Assembly: GCA_021816845.1 (NCBI GenBank)
Contig: JAKAWT010000001.1
Coordinates: 70,087 to 134,086 of the forward strand
Reading direction: 5' to 3'
Source of the DNA: a bacterium
GTDB taxonomy: Bacteria > Patescibacteriota > Dojkabacteria > JAKAPS01 > JAJZLI01
DNA: 64,000 bases
Each line of letters begins with the position of its first letter. Position 1 is the first letter of the stretch. Both the position numbers and the translations under genes were made by a program. Shown here one piece after another: positions 9,412-20,194 of this stretch. Under the pieces are notes generated by a model. It worked only from the letters and a program-made list of their open reading frames with translations. It had not been told where the DNA came from and did no database searches.

Positions 9412-10356
9412 TCATTCAAATTTTACATTCCCATCTTGTATACCATTTTTAAATTCTCTTCCTGTAACATATTGTTTCCCTTCTCTTTGTATGATATCTA
9501 TTTTAAGATAATAGTCTGAGCATCCTACAAAAAGGTCTTTTGTATCATTGAAAATATGTCCTGGTATATTAGATTTTATATCAGTCAAAGTTGCCTCTTT
9601 AATATTACATAAGACTCCATTTAAATATGTCCATGCTGGATAGAAGGCCTTTATTTTATTTCTTATATCTGTAGATTTTATCCCCCAATCAATTCTACCT
9701 TTTTCTCTCTTGAAATCATCTATATAGCAATATGTAGCTTCTTGAGAATCTTGCTTTCTTGGAACAATATTGTTGAAACTAGAAATTGTCTTTTCTAAAA
9801 GATCTGATCCAAGAAGAGATAACTTACTTTCTAATGTTTTATAATTATCTTTATCATCTATATTTATTTTATCTTGCAATAATAGATCCCCTTCATCCAT
9901 CTTATCATTCATTAAAATTATACTGACACCAGTACTTTTATACCCTCTATATATTGCTGATTGTATTGGAGTTGCACCCCTTAGATCTGGAAGTAATGAT
10001 GCATGTACGTTAAGAAATTTATATCTAGATACAATGGATTTTGGAATAATTTTGCCAAATGAAGCTACTACTATATAGTCACAATTTGAAAGTTCAGAAT
10101 CATTTAGATCCTCAAATAATATAGTTTTTATATGATTTTTCTTTGCATATAATAAAACAGGGTTTGATTCAGGTAGAACAGGTTGACTAGATTTTGATCC
10201 ACTGGATTTTAAAACCACAGATTTTAAATCAAAACTTTTATAAATCATGTCTAGTATAGACAATGAAAAATCAGAAGACCCCAGAAATATTATTCTTGAA
10301 CCCTGATTTATATCTATTAAATTCGAATTCACTTGTTTTTTGTGATTTTTATACAT
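9412..10356 (-). CDS. fmt: Methionyl-tRNA formyltransferase
   Basis: IIFLGSSDFS, NVHASLLPDLRGATPIQ, MDEGD. Confidence 0.93.
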   Translation of the reverse strand: MYKNHKKQVNSNLIDINQGSRIIFLGSSDFSLSILDMIYKSFDLKSVVLKSSGSKSSQPVLPESNPVLLYAKKNHIKTILFEDLNDSELSNCDYIVVASFGKIIPKSIVSRYKFLNVHASLLPDLRGATPIQSAIYRGYKSTGVSIILMNDKMDEGDLLLQDKINIDDKDNYKTLESKLSLLGSDLLEKTISSFNNIVPRKQDSQEATYCYIDDFKREKGRIDWGIKSTDIRNKIKAFYPAWTYLNGVLCNIKEATLTDIKSNIPGHIFNDTKDLFVGCSDYYLKIDIIQREGKQYVTGREFKNGIQDGNVKFE

Positions 10357-10413
10357 ATAAGATATAATGACATATATAAACTTTATCTTATTTTATCAAA
10401 AAAATGAATCATT

Positions 10414-11943
10414 ATGTTAATAACAATCATATTGTCAGCACTAGTAGTAGGGCTTGGTGGGTTTACTACTTATAAACAGTTATCTTTTACTAAAAATGAA
10501 CAAAAGTTAAAGGATGATCTAAAAAAAGCCAAAGAAGATTTTATAAAAATTAAAGAGGAAGAGAATAACTTGGCCTCAACAAAGGCTCAAGAAATAATTC
10601 TTGACGCTAAAAATAAAGCTTTTGATATTCTAAAAAATAGCGAAACAAAAGAAATTGAAATTAGAAAGCTTCAAAGTGAGAATGAACAGAAAATCCGTAA
10701 TAGACAGAAAGAAATTGATGAGAGGAGCTCTCGTCTAGATGTACAAGAGAAAAAACTAGAACGTGATAAAGAGAGTTTAACAGCTCAAAGGTCTGATTTA
10801 GAGAAAAAATTAGAAGAAATATCATCATTAACAAAAGATAACGCAAAAGCATTACTTCTTGAACAGCTTGACAAAGAGCTTGTTAATGAGAAAGCAAAAA
10901 GGATCAAAGAATTTGAAGATGATATAAGAGCAAAATCTGAAGATATATCAAAAGAGGTTCTAATAGAAACCATGCAAAAAACAGTTTCAGAATATATTGG
11001 ACCAGCAACAACTTCTATAGTAGATATTCCCAATGATGATGTAAAAGGTAGAATAATAGGGAAAGAAGGTAGGAATATCAAATATTTTGAAAAATTAACT
11101 GGTGTTGATTTAATAATAGATGATATGCCTGGTTCAATAACAGTATCTTGCTTTGACCCATTGCGCCGAGAAGTAGGTATCATAGCATTGAGAAATTTAA
11201 TAGAAGATAAAAGAATCCATCCTGGTAAAATAGAAGAATTAGTTAAAAAAGCCAAAGAAGATTTGTCAAAAGAGATAAGGAAATTTGGTGAAAAGATAGC
11301 TTATGATGCAGGAATCACGGGGTTAAGACCTGAATTAATACTTCTTCTTGGTAGAATGAAATATAGATATAGTTATGGACAAAACCTAGCTACACACTCA
11401 TTAGAAATGGTACAAATTGCAGAGAATCTTGCAATAAGTCTTAATGCAGATGTATACATGTCTAAAAAATGTGCATTATTCCATGATATTGGGAAAGTTA
11501 TAACTGCAGAACAAGAGGGATCTCATGTAGAACTTGGAGCAGAAATTGCAAGGAAATATAATCTAGAGGAACAGGTTATAAATGCCATATTCGCCCACCA
11601 TGATATGGCTGAACCAACAAGTGTTGAAAGTGCTATAACAAAAGTTGCAGATAAAATATCTGGAGGTAGACCTGGAGCACGTAATAATTCCTCAGAAATG
11701 TATTCTACAAGAATTAAACAACTAGAAGATACCGTAAAATCATTTGAAGGGGTTGAAGAAGCTTATGCAATATATGCTGGCCGTGAAGTGAGAGTTATAG
11801 TAAAACCGGATATTGTAGATGATGCAAGATTAGCATTACTTTCACACGAAATAGCTGAAAAAGTACAAAAAGAAAATACCTATCCGGGAACAGTACAAAT
11901 AACATTAATTAGAGAAACAAGAGCTGTTTCAAAAGCTAGTTAA
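10414..11943 (+). CDS. rny: Ribonuclease Y
   Basis: N-terminal TM and coiled coil; KH domain KGRIIGKEGRNI; HD domain FHDIGK. Confidence 0.97.
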   Translation: MLITIILSALVVGLGGFTTYKQLSFTKNEQKLKDDLKKAKEDFIKIKEEENNLASTKAQEIILDAKNKAFDILKNSETKEIEIRKLQSENEQKIRNRQKEIDERSSRLDVQEKKLERDKESLTAQRSDLEKKLEEISSLTKDNAKALLLEQLDKELVNEKAKRIKEFEDDIRAKSEDISKEVLIETMQKTVSEYIGPATTSIVDIPNDDVKGRIIGKEGRNIKYFEKLTGVDLIIDDMPGSITVSCFDPLRREVGIIALRNLIEDKRIHPGKIEELVKKAKEDLSKEIRKFGEKIAYDAGITGLRPELILLLGRMKYRYSYGQNLATHSLEMVQIAENLAISLNADVYMSKKCALFHDIGKVITAEQEGSHVELGAEIARKYNLEEQVINAIFAHHDMAEPTSVESAITKVADKISGGRPGARNNSSEMYSTRIKQLEDTVKSFEGVEEAYAIYAGREVRVIVKPDIVDDARLALLSHEIAEKVQKENTYPGTVQITLIRETRAVSKAS

Positions 11944-11947
11944 AAAA

Positions 11948-13249
11948 ATGAAAAGAATATATTCTTTAGATTTAAAAAAACATAACAAAGAAAACGTACT
12001 TGTAAAAGGCCACATATTCCAGAAAAGAATGATGGGCAAAGTTAATTTTATTATTCTCCGTGATAGAGATGGTCTAATACAAATAGTTTTAAAGGATGCA
12101 AAAGAGATTTTGAAAGTACAGGATCTCATGGATGAAAGTGTTATAGAAGTTAAAGGTATTTGTGTTTATGATGATAGATCACTAAATAAGGCTGAAATTC
12201 ATGAACCTAAAATAACTATAATATCTAAAGTTACAGAACCACTAAAAATAGAAATAAACAAACCTGAGATCCATGCAAATATAGATACTATTCTTGATAA
12301 CAGACCAATTGTGCTAAGAGCTCCTAAAGAAAGAGCTATATTTAAAATCCAAGCAACAATGGCACAAGCATATAGAGAATATGCAATATCAGAAAATGCC
12401 ACAGAAATATTTCCACCAACAATTGTAGGTAGTGCCACAGAGGGTGGATCTGAATTATTCAAGTTTAAATATTACGGAAAAGATGCATATTTGTCACAAT
12501 CTGCACAACTATATAAGCAAATAATGGTTGGAGTATTCGAAAAAGTATTTGCCATAGCCCATTCCTATAGAGCAGAAAAATATGGTACTTCTAGACATAC
12601 TTCAGAATTCATACAGTATGAATTTGAGATGGGATTTATAGATTCATACCTTGATATAATATCTTTTTGTATAAATGCAATAAGATATATTAAGACTAAA
12701 GTTGAAAAAGACAATGCAAAGGAACTTGAAATATTGCAAAAAAAATTACCTTTGATCCCAAAAGATATTCCTATATTAAAATTGAAAGATGCTCAAGAAA
12801 TCATATTTAAAAACACAAAAATAGATAAAAGATCAGAGAATGATCTATCTCCTGAGGATGAAAAAACTATATCAAAAATAATATTGAAAAAATATAAATC
12901 AGATCTTGTGGTTATAACCCATTATCCAATCTCAAAAAGACCCTTTTATACAATGCCAGATAAAGATGATCCAGACAATACTCTAAGCTTTGATTTTATT
13001 TTAAGAGGAGAAGAAATTGCTACTGGAGGTCAAAGAATAAATGATTACAAACAACTTATTGAATCTATAAAAAAGAAAGGTATGAATCCAAACGATTTTG
13101 TTGATTTTCTTGAAATATTTAAATATGGTATGCCAGAGGAAGGAGGATTCGGAATGGGTTTTGAAAGGCTTACTCAACAATTTTTAGGCCTTTCAAACGT
13201 AAGAGAAGCAACTCTATTCCCTAGAGATGTCAAAAGAATTTCACCTTAA
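11948..13249 (+). CDS. aspS: Aspartyl-tRNA synthetase, short archaeal/non-discriminating type
   Basis: 433 aa; OB fold FIILRDR; LSQSAQLYKQ; motif 2 YRAE; motif 3 GGFGMGFERL. Confidence 0.92.
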   Translation: MKRIYSLDLKKHNKENVLVKGHIFQKRMMGKVNFIILRDRDGLIQIVLKDAKEILKVQDLMDESVIEVKGICVYDDRSLNKAEIHEPKITIISKVTEPLKIEINKPEIHANIDTILDNRPIVLRAPKERAIFKIQATMAQAYREYAISENATEIFPPTIVGSATEGGSELFKFKYYGKDAYLSQSAQLYKQIMVGVFEKVFAIAHSYRAEKYGTSRHTSEFIQYEFEMGFIDSYLDIISFCINAIRYIKTKVEKDNAKELEILQKKLPLIPKDIPILKLKDAQEIIFKNTKIDKRSENDLSPEDEKTISKIILKKYKSDLVVITHYPISKRPFYTMPDKDDPDNTLSFDFILRGEEIATGGQRINDYKQLIESIKKKGMNPNDFVDFLEIFKYGMPEEGGFGMGFERLTQQFLGLSNVREATLFPRDVKRISP

Positions 13250-14427
13250 GGTAAAGCATTTACATAATAGTAGAATGTACCAGTACTCCCGTTTTTAAAA
13301 TAGGCTATACCTGAAAACACATATATAGGCTCTAAAAATTGATGATAATTTTGACCCTCATAATAGCCTAGAGTTACAGAATTTACATAAAATCTGGTAA
13401 CATCCAAGGATGGTTCTACAGTTAAATAAGGATTGCCAGACGAGGAGTATAATGATGATAGAGCACCCTGTCCCCTCTCCATTTTTGCAAAGGCCTGTTG
13501 TGGAGAAATTATATCATAAGTACCAGTACTAGTTCTTTGTATATTGTAGTTAGTAAAGTAGGCAGATATTATACCTGACACTCCTTGTATTGGATCATCT
13601 ATTAGAAACCTTATCAAAGGTAAATTAGGGTCTGGGTTATATATAGGGTATCCTGCAATAGTTTTCTTATAGAATACATAATAACCATTAGACAAGGTAC
13701 CAGATACATTTGAATCTAGTATATTAGTGTCAGTAATTGTTACAGGAGTCTTTGTAAAATTATTTGTAATCTTATAATTATTACCTTCACTTTGATATCT
13801 ATTTAACTCAGGTAAAATATATACAGTTTGGCCTAAACTATTAGTGTAATATAAAGAAGTTAAAAATGATGAAACTGTTTGCAATACAGACAAAGGATCT
13901 TGGAAGTTATCTAATGTATTCCCTTGTTTCTGCTGATAGGCAAAATATCCACTTGGATTATTTTTAAGTTGAATTTGAAAGTTAAAATTCTGGATATTAA
14001 TCTCAAATATATGATTAGTTGAATACCAATCATAGAGAAATTGTGATTTTTGCTGACCCTGACCAGAAAATTGTAATTGTTGAGCAATAGCTGTTGCAAC
14101 ATTCAAAGAATTCACACTGATAGAGGGAGATGATAATCTATAAACAGTCATTATTTTAGGAACCTTTATAAAACTATTCGTAGGTGTAGCAAGTGTATAT
14201 ATAGGATTATCACCTTGTGGAAGTGGGACATAGTGCGTGAATATTATTGGTGGCACGTCGCCAAGAGCATTTGAAGCAATACCATTTTTCAAAGATAAAT
14301 TATTCTCTTTTGATATAGCAGATACTATAAGGAAAGCTAATAGTATAACTATTAACGTTGCTAGAGTTATTACTCCTATTTTGATTCCATTTTCAGTATA
14401 TACTGTAAATCTTGTAAGTCTTGACAT
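13246..14427 (-). CDS. Membrane-anchored exported hypothetical protein (possibly YycH/YycI-like C-terminus)
   Basis: N-terminal TM; C-terminal LGYYE...LEPIYVFSG...YVNAL. Confidence 0.6.
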   Translation of the reverse strand: MSRLTRFTVYTENGIKIGVITLATLIVILLAFLIVSAISKENNLSLKNGIASNALGDVPPIIFTHYVPLPQGDNPIYTLATPTNSFIKVPKIMTVYRLSSPSISVNSLNVATAIAQQLQFSGQGQQKSQFLYDWYSTNHIFEINIQNFNFQIQLKNNPSGYFAYQQKQGNTLDNFQDPLSVLQTVSSFLTSLYYTNSLGQTVYILPELNRYQSEGNNYKITNNFTKTPVTITDTNILDSNVSGTLSNGYYVFYKKTIAGYPIYNPDPNLPLIRFLIDDPIQGVSGIISAYFTNYNIQRTSTGTYDIISPQQAFAKMERGQGALSSLYSSSGNPYLTVEPSLDVTRFYVNSVTLGYYEGQNYHQFLEPIYVFSGIAYFKNGSTGTFYYYVNALP

Positions 14428-14469
14428 TTGAGTTTATAATATTATTCTTCATCATTATAGATATAAAGT

Positions 14470-15909
14470 ATGAAAAATAACAATATCCAAAAAAAGGTGA
14501 GAACAAGAATAGCTCCATCACCCACTGGTGATCCTCATATAGGTACTTTGTATCAATCAATTTTTGATTATGCTTTTGCAAAACAAAATAATGGTGATTT
14601 TATCCTAAGAATCGAAGATACAGATAGAGATAGGTTTGTTAAGGGAGCAGAAGAAAATATTATTAATGCATTTAAATGGGCAGGAATAGTTCCAGATGAA
14701 AGTCCATCCCAAGGAGGAAAATATTCACCATACAGACAATCTGAGAGATTATATATTTACAAGAAATATATAAATGAGTTAATTAGTCGTAAAAGTGCAT
14801 ATTATTGCTTTTGTAGCAAAGAAAGATTAGCAAAAATAAGAGAAATACAAATAAAGAATAAAGTGCAACCCAAGTATGATAAATATTGTCTTAATTTAAA
14901 GAAGGATGAGATTGATAAAAACTTAGAAGATAATAAACCATATGTGGTAAGGCTGAATGTTCCAAATGATACAGATATAATTTTTGATGACCTTATAAGG
15001 GGTAGAATAATTATTAATACTAAATCAATTGATGATCAAATATTATTAAAAACAGATGGCTACCCTACTTACCATGCTGCTGTTGTAATTGATGATCATT
15101 TAATGGAAATTACCCACATCATAAGAGGAGAAGAATGGATATCATCTACACCAAAACATATACTTATATATAAAGCTTTTGGTTGGGATATACCATATTT
15201 TGCACATTTATCTTTACTTAGAAACAGAGATAAATCAAAAGTCTCTAAAAGGCATAACAATACTTCTATAGATTGGTATAGAGAAGAAGGGTATCTACCT
15301 GAAGCTCTTATTAATTATTTAATATTACTTGGGTGGTCATCACCTGATGGGAAAGAAATAATCTCAATGGATGAATTTGTCAGAAAATTTTCTTTTTCAA
15401 GAGTAACTAAGGGAGGTCCAATATTCGATATAGATAAACTCAATTGGATTAATGGTGTATATATAAGACAACTTAGTTTATTAAATTTAAAAAAATTGAT
15501 AATACCATACTTAAAATATAAAGATATAAAAAGTTCTTATCTAGATAGTATTTTAAAACTAACACAAGAGAGACTTAAAAAATTATCTGAAATTAATGAT
15601 CTAATAAGCTTTTTCATTGAAGATATAGATATTCCAAAAGATTTAATATATGGGATATTTAGTATAAATGATGTTAAGAAAATAATAAAAAACATAATAT
15701 TAATAATAGATAAGTATGGTATAAACGAGGAGAGTGAACAGATTATGAGAGAATATGCACTTAATAATAATTATAAGATAGGAGATTTTTTCATGATTAT
15801 TAGACTTGCAATAACAGGTAGAAAAGCCTCTCCTCCACTATTAGATACTATGTATGTACTGGGAGACAAAAAAGTTAAAGAGAGATTATCAAGATTAATT
15901 AATACTTAA
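14470..15909 (+). CDS. gltX: Glutamate--tRNA ligase
   Basis: RTRIAPSPTGDPHIG, LRIEDTD, KVSKR. Confidence 0.98.
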   Translation: MKNNNIQKKVRTRIAPSPTGDPHIGTLYQSIFDYAFAKQNNGDFILRIEDTDRDRFVKGAEENIINAFKWAGIVPDESPSQGGKYSPYRQSERLYIYKKYINELISRKSAYYCFCSKERLAKIREIQIKNKVQPKYDKYCLNLKKDEIDKNLEDNKPYVVRLNVPNDTDIIFDDLIRGRIIINTKSIDDQILLKTDGYPTYHAAVVIDDHLMEITHIIRGEEWISSTPKHILIYKAFGWDIPYFAHLSLLRNRDKSKVSKRHNNTSIDWYREEGYLPEALINYLILLGWSSPDGKEIISMDEFVRKFSFSRVTKGGPIFDIDKLNWINGVYIRQLSLLNLKKLIIPYLKYKDIKSSYLDSILKLTQERLKKLSEINDLISFFIEDIDIPKDLIYGIFSINDVKKIIKNIILIIDKYGINEESEQIMREYALNNNYKIGDFFMIIRLAITGRKASPPLLDTMYVLGDKKVKERLSRLINT

Positions 15910-15960
15910 TATTTGCTGTTTTAACTAATTTAAAAGTATAATTAGATATGTTTTCATTAT

Positions 15961-16032
15961 TGGGAGATAGTTTAATGGCAAAACGCTACGCTCTGGACGT
16001 AGTAAGTCTAGGTTCGACTCCTAGTCTCCCAA
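15961..16032 (+). tRNA. tRNA-Gln(CTG)
   Basis: Acceptor stem TGGGAGA/TCTCCCA; anticodon arm CTACG-CTCTGGA-CGTAG; T-loop GGTTCGACTCC. Confidence 0.95.
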
Positions 16033-16114
16033 ATAGTAGAGTATATCAAAAAAGGTATATACCTAATTGATCGAAAAGTGTATAATTTAGCAGAGAGAGG
16101 AATAAAAATTAAAT

Positions 16115-16450
16115 ATGGCTGAAAATATAAATCACAGACATAAAAATTCTTTATCTTTCCTTGATAAGATAGCATTATATATCACTACTATAGTTGGTAC
16201 AATGTATTGTGCTTTTGTATTTGCAGTAATAGCATTGGCTGGGTTTCCTTTTAAAGGGGCAACACCTCTACAATATGTCTTATGGACATCAACCATATTC
16301 CTTCAATTAGTATTACTCCCAATCATTCTTGTTGGTCAAAATTTACAAAACAGACATGCACAACTTCTAGCTGAACAAATGTATAGAATTGAAGGACATA
16401 ATGAAAGATTACTTGAAGAATTGAATAAACTGAAAAATAACCAACATTAA
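16115..16450 (+). CDS. DUF1003-like small membrane protein
   Basis: DKIALYIT..VGTM...FLQLVLLPIILVGQN. Confidence 0.75.
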   Translation: MAENINHRHKNSLSFLDKIALYITTIVGTMYCAFVFAVIALAGFPFKGATPLQYVLWTSTIFLQLVLLPIILVGQNLQNRHAQLLAEQMYRIEGHNERLLEELNKLKNNQH

Positions 16451-16555
16451 TTATTAGAACAAGTAGATAAAGATCCATTATAAACTTTTTTGGGATTATT
16501 ATTGGTTTCAATCAATATTTTAGGAAAAAGTATTGAAGTATAGTATAATATTGGT

Positions 16556-17092
16556 ATGGAAAAAACAAATGTCCTAGCCTTTGCAGGATCCCTAAGAAGG
16601 AATTCATATAATAAGATGTTACTTAATAATATGGTCTCTTTGGGGGAAAATATTATAAATATCAATATATTTGATATATCAGAGATACCATTTTTTAATC
16701 AAGATATTGAAAATGAACCTCCAGAAGTAATTAAGGAGTTAAGAAAACAAGTTAATGATTCTGAAGGGGTAATTATTGTCACTCCAGAATATAATTTTTC
16801 TTTCTCTGCAATTACTAAAAACGTAATCGACTGGCTATCAAGAGTAGAAAAACCGTTAGATAATAAACCTGTGTGTATATGTGGTGCATCAGGAGGTTAT
16901 TTTGGTACTGCACGTGCGCAGCTACAATTACGTCCGGTCCTTGCAGCGGTCAATGCTAGAGTTATGTCAAAACCAGATTTGTTTATACCCAATGCTCAAA
17001 ACATATTTTCGGATGGAGGAGAAATTCTAGATACTACTATACAGAATAATATTAAAGATTTTTTACAAAAATTCAATAATTTTATAAAATAG
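16556..17092 (+). CDS. NADPH-dependent FMN reductase (ChrR/SsuE family)
   Basis: GSLRRNSYN, TPEYN, KNVIDWLSR, GTARAQ. Confidence 0.93.
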   Translation: MEKTNVLAFAGSLRRNSYNKMLLNNMVSLGENIININIFDISEIPFFNQDIENEPPEVIKELRKQVNDSEGVIIVTPEYNFSFSAITKNVIDWLSRVEKPLDNKPVCICGASGGYFGTARAQLQLRPVLAAVNARVMSKPDLFIPNAQNIFSDGGEILDTTIQNNIKDFLQKFNNFIK

Positions 17093-17109
17093 GTGTAAAA
17101 TATAAGTGT

Positions 17110-17328
17110 ATGAACAGAGGTCTGGCACAATCAAAATTAGTAATAGCAATATTCTTTTTCATACTAGGTATGATAGTAGGGGTAATTCTATATTATATAT
17201 TTTATCCAGATTCTCCTTATTTAGGTTGGAAAGAAAAAACAATCACAGGAACAACAGTAAAGAATACAAAAATAAATGTAAATAATTCTCCACACGTACA
17301 GCCTAAAACTCCAACTTCTAAATATTAA
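17110..17328 (+). CDS. Small membrane protein with a class III (prepilin-like) N-terminus
   Basis: MNRG|LAQSKLVIAIFFFILG. Confidence 0.55.
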   Translation: MNRGLAQSKLVIAIFFFILGMIVGVILYYIFYPDSPYLGWKEKTITGTTVKNTKINVNNSPHVQPKTPTSKY

Positions 17329-17354
17329 TTTCTATCAAAAGTATAAATTCTAAT

Positions 17355-17440
17355 CGGAGAGAGAGAGATTCGAACTCTCGATACCATAATGGTATACTAG
17401 CTTTCCAAGCCAGCGCACTAGGCCACTATGCGACCTCTCC
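17355..17440 (-). tRNA. tRNA-Ser(GGA)
   Basis: Reverse complement GGAGAGGTCGCATAGTGGCCTAGTGCG...CTGGC-TTGGAAA-GCTAG, long variable arm, GTTCGAATC. Confidence 0.95.
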
Positions 17441-17446
17441 ATAATG

Positions 17447-18040
17447 TTATTTTATCATTATAAGACCAAAATTATAAAATATAGCAAATAGCACTAATAC
17501 TAATAGACTTCCCCCAATCAACTGATAAATGTTATGTTTCCGTAAAACTAATCTAGAAAACCAGACTATAGGTATTAATAAAGCCACTACTATAGAATAT
17601 TCTTTGTAGAATATAAGAGTGATAACAAATAATGTTGTAATCATTATGGCATGAAAACTAATCTTCCAAAAAAATGTTATTAAAGTAGCAAACAATATAA
17701 TTAAGGTTAAAAGATAAAGGATATGTAATAATTCTTTATCAATTCCATATATATATAAAACTATATCACTAGATAAAAGCCATAAAGTTACTATCAATGA
17801 AGAGATAATCCTATCGTGTATATTACTAAGATCAAAATCAATATCATTAATACCAGTTTTTTTTATTTGAAAAATTAAAAATATCAAAAACAATATCAAT
17901 GGGAACATTATAAGTATGGGTCCGGCAAAGTAGAATTTTGAAATTCTAAAGTTTAAAAGTAGAATTATTGACATTATAGGAACAATTATATAAAAATCAA
18001 AAATTCTTGATACTACTATTGCAAAAATACTTTTATTCAC
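17447..18040 (-). CDS. PAP2-superfamily-like polytopic membrane protein
   Basis: FWKISFH and WFSRLVLRKHNIYQLIGG motifs. Confidence 0.7.
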   Translation of the reverse strand: MNKSIFAIVVSRIFDFYIIVPIMSIILLLNFRISKFYFAGPILIMFPLILFLIFLIFQIKKTGINDIDFDLSNIHDRIISSLIVTLWLLSSDIVLYIYGIDKELLHILYLLTLIILFATLITFFWKISFHAIMITTLFVITLIFYKEYSIVVALLIPIVWFSRLVLRKHNIYQLIGGSLLVLVLFAIFYNFGLIMIK

Positions 18041-18083
18041 TTACTATAATGATATATAAATTAATTTTGGATATACAGAAACA

Positions 18084-18299
18084 ATGATATCACTAATACT
18101 TATAATAATCCTAATTGTTGCATTATTAGCATTTTATATTTTTTTTATATCTTATACAATAAAATCTAATAATTATATTTATAAAGAAATGATGCAAAAT
18201 AAGGAATACAAAAATTTATTTGAATTCTATGAAAAATATGCAAGAGGAGAGATATCAGATGATGAATATTTAATTTTAAAAAATAATATAGAAAAATAA
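18084..18299 (+). CDS. SHOCT-domain small membrane protein
   Basis: TM followed by YARGEISDDEY. Confidence 0.75.
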   Translation: MISLILIIILIVALLAFYIFFISYTIKSNNYIYKEMMQNKEYKNLFEFYEKYARGEISDDEYLILKNNIEK

Positions 18300-18533
18300 A
18301 TGTTAGCATATTCTATTATTAACACAATCATATATATAGCATTACTTGTGGGCATTATATATATATCTATTTTTCTAATATCTAATCTTACGGCTTCTGA
18401 TATAGATAAATATAATAAAAAAGCAAAAAAGAAAGCAATAAATATATTGAAAGAAAGGCTAGATAATGGAGAAATTAATAAAGAAACTTATGATAGGATG
18501 AGAGATCATATATCTTCAAAATCAAATGGATAG
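18300..18533 (+). CDS. SHOCT-domain small membrane protein
   Basis: TM followed by AINILKERLDNGEINKETY. Confidence 0.75.
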   Translation: MLAYSIINTIIYIALLVGIIYISIFLISNLTASDIDKYNKKAKKKAINILKERLDNGEINKETYDRMRDHISSKSNG

Positions 18534-19071
18534 TAATTCATATATTAGTTCAATAAGTTGTAACAGTGGAGAACTAATAACTATAAGGAAACTAGAATGG
18601 ATTTACTCATATAATTTTCTAAAATTTCTTTCTTCAAACTTATTAGATCTTCATGATTTTAGAGGTATAAGTAAAATGATTATTGAAAAATCTGACTCTT
18701 ATGATATACCAGATATAATGAAGAGTATTTATGATGGGGACTGTTTCATTTTATGTGCTTTTAATAAAATCAATGATATTATAGGTTTTTCTGGAGTGTT
18801 CAAAAAATTTAATATAGGTAATTTTGAAATATTTATAGATAATCAATATAGAAATAAAGGTGTGGGCAATATACTTATAAACACAACCTTAAAGTATTCA
18901 AATCATTTAGATATACAAAATATCAATTTAAGTGTAAGGGATAACAATGAAAATGCTATAAAACTTTATAAGAAGAATGGTTTTAAAAAAATTAAAACAA
19001 TTAAAAATAACATTTCATACAAAAAAGCAATAGTCAATGAAGTTATTATGTCTATAGAATTAAACTATTGA
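18526..19071 (+). CDS. GNAT family N-acetyltransferase
   Basis: YRNKGVG motif A; NENAIKLYKKNGF. Confidence 0.85.
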   Translation: MDSNSYISSISCNSGELITIRKLEWIYSYNFLKFLSSNLLDLHDFRGISKMIIEKSDSYDIPDIMKSIYDGDCFILCAFNKINDIIGFSGVFKKFNIGNFEIFIDNQYRNKGVGNILINTTLKYSNHLDIQNINLSVRDNNENAIKLYKKNGFKKIKTIKNNISYKKAIVNEVIMSIELNY

Positions 19072-19580
19072 ATATGTTGAGAATAACATTTAATTCTGAG
19101 TTCAGATAGTCTATCATTATTTAATATAAAACCATTCTTCCTTAATTTATTAACTATTCTGTCAAAAGTATAAATATCACCATCTGCAGTTTTTTGTAGA
19201 TCTTCTAGATCATTATAGAATACCATCTTCTTATTTTCTGCTTGTTTTCTATATTCCATAATAATATTTTTTAAATTATCAATATCACTTTTCTCGGCTA
19301 CTTTTAGTTTAGAGAATTCTATCTTAACATCCTCACCTAAAACTCTTAAATATTGAGAGATATCCTTTTCTAAAGATATCAAAAATATATTCTTGCCAAC
19401 TAATATATTGCTGATATCATCATTTACAAGAGATCCATCACTTTTATATTCAGGAATAAGGTAATTTGTCTGTATAATGATATTTTCCTTATCTTGTGAT
19501 TTGACGGTCGAAGATACTAATATCCCACCATATTTTTTTTCTATTAACACTATTTTTTGACTATCTAGGTGCTTATCCAT
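19065..19580 (-). CDS. Hypothetical protein, possibly the 3' part of a frameshifted gene starting at 19695
   Basis: 171-aa ORF; an upstream 37-aa ORF (19582-19695) ends 1 nt before its ATG. Confidence 0.55.
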   Translation of the reverse strand: MDKHLDSQKIVLIEKKYGGILVSSTVKSQDKENIIIQTNYLIPEYKSDGSLVNDDISNILVGKNIFLISLEKDISQYLRVLGEDVKIEFSKLKVAEKSDIDNLKNIIMEYRKQAENKKMVFYNDLEDLQKTADGDIYTFDRIVNKLRKNGFILNNDRLSELRIKCYSQHIQ

Positions 19581-19779
19581 ATCAGAAAATAAATCCTGTT
19601 ATTATAGATATACCAGAAAATAAATCCTCTAAATATGAGGAAATCTCTTTGATATTATCTTCTTGAATTTCATCTATTTCTATATATTCTGTCATAATAA
19701 TTAATTTTCAAAAATCAATCATTATATCAATAAAAATAGTAGAAGTCAACTACCATTAATCAATACTAAAGTTTTCAGT

Positions 19780-20193
19780 TTAACGTTTGGAATATTGAGG
19801 AGCTTTCCTAGATTTTACTTTATAATACTTCTTTCTTTCAACCATTCTTGGGTCTCTCCTTAAAAGATTGTATTGTGCCAGCGTTTTCTTGTATTCATCA
19901 TTTATTTTAGATAGTGCCCTTGATATTGCTAAAGAAATAGCTTTCAGCTGAGAAACATATCCTCCTCCCTTAGTCTTTGCACTAAAATAGAAGTTATCTT
20001 TAGTCCCTGTAAGGATAAAAGGTTTATCTAGGATAGAGTTCATCATTTCTTTACTAGATGCATATGATGATAGAGATTTATTATTTATTAATGTTTCACC
20101 TTTTCCAGAAAATAATCTTATTGTAGCTGTAGAGGTTTTATTTGTACCTGTTGCATAATAATATTCTATTTTTTTTACTTTTTTTTCAGTCAT
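19780..20193 (-). CDS. rpsI: 30S ribosomal protein S9
   Basis: GGGYVSQ, RDPRMVERKK, KAPQYSKR; start set at ATG 20193. Confidence 0.97.
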   Translation of the reverse strand: MTEKKVKKIEYYYATGTNKTSTATIRLFSGKGETLINNKSLSSYASSKEMMNSILDKPFILTGTKDNFYFSAKTKGGGYVSQLKAISLAISRALSKINDEYKKTLAQYNLLRRDPRMVERKKYYKVKSRKAPQYSKR

Positions 20194-20194
20194 A

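Noticed and set aside
10785-11255. 156-aa ORF antisense to rny, and similar 60-150 aa antisense ORFs over secD, atpA, sufC and the guaB-like gene
   Set aside because: Each is fully nested opposite a well-supported gene and has no recognisable motif.
15961-17440. Genes between two convergent tRNAs considered as an integrated element
   Set aside because: No integrase, no duplicated tRNA 3' end and no compositional shift.
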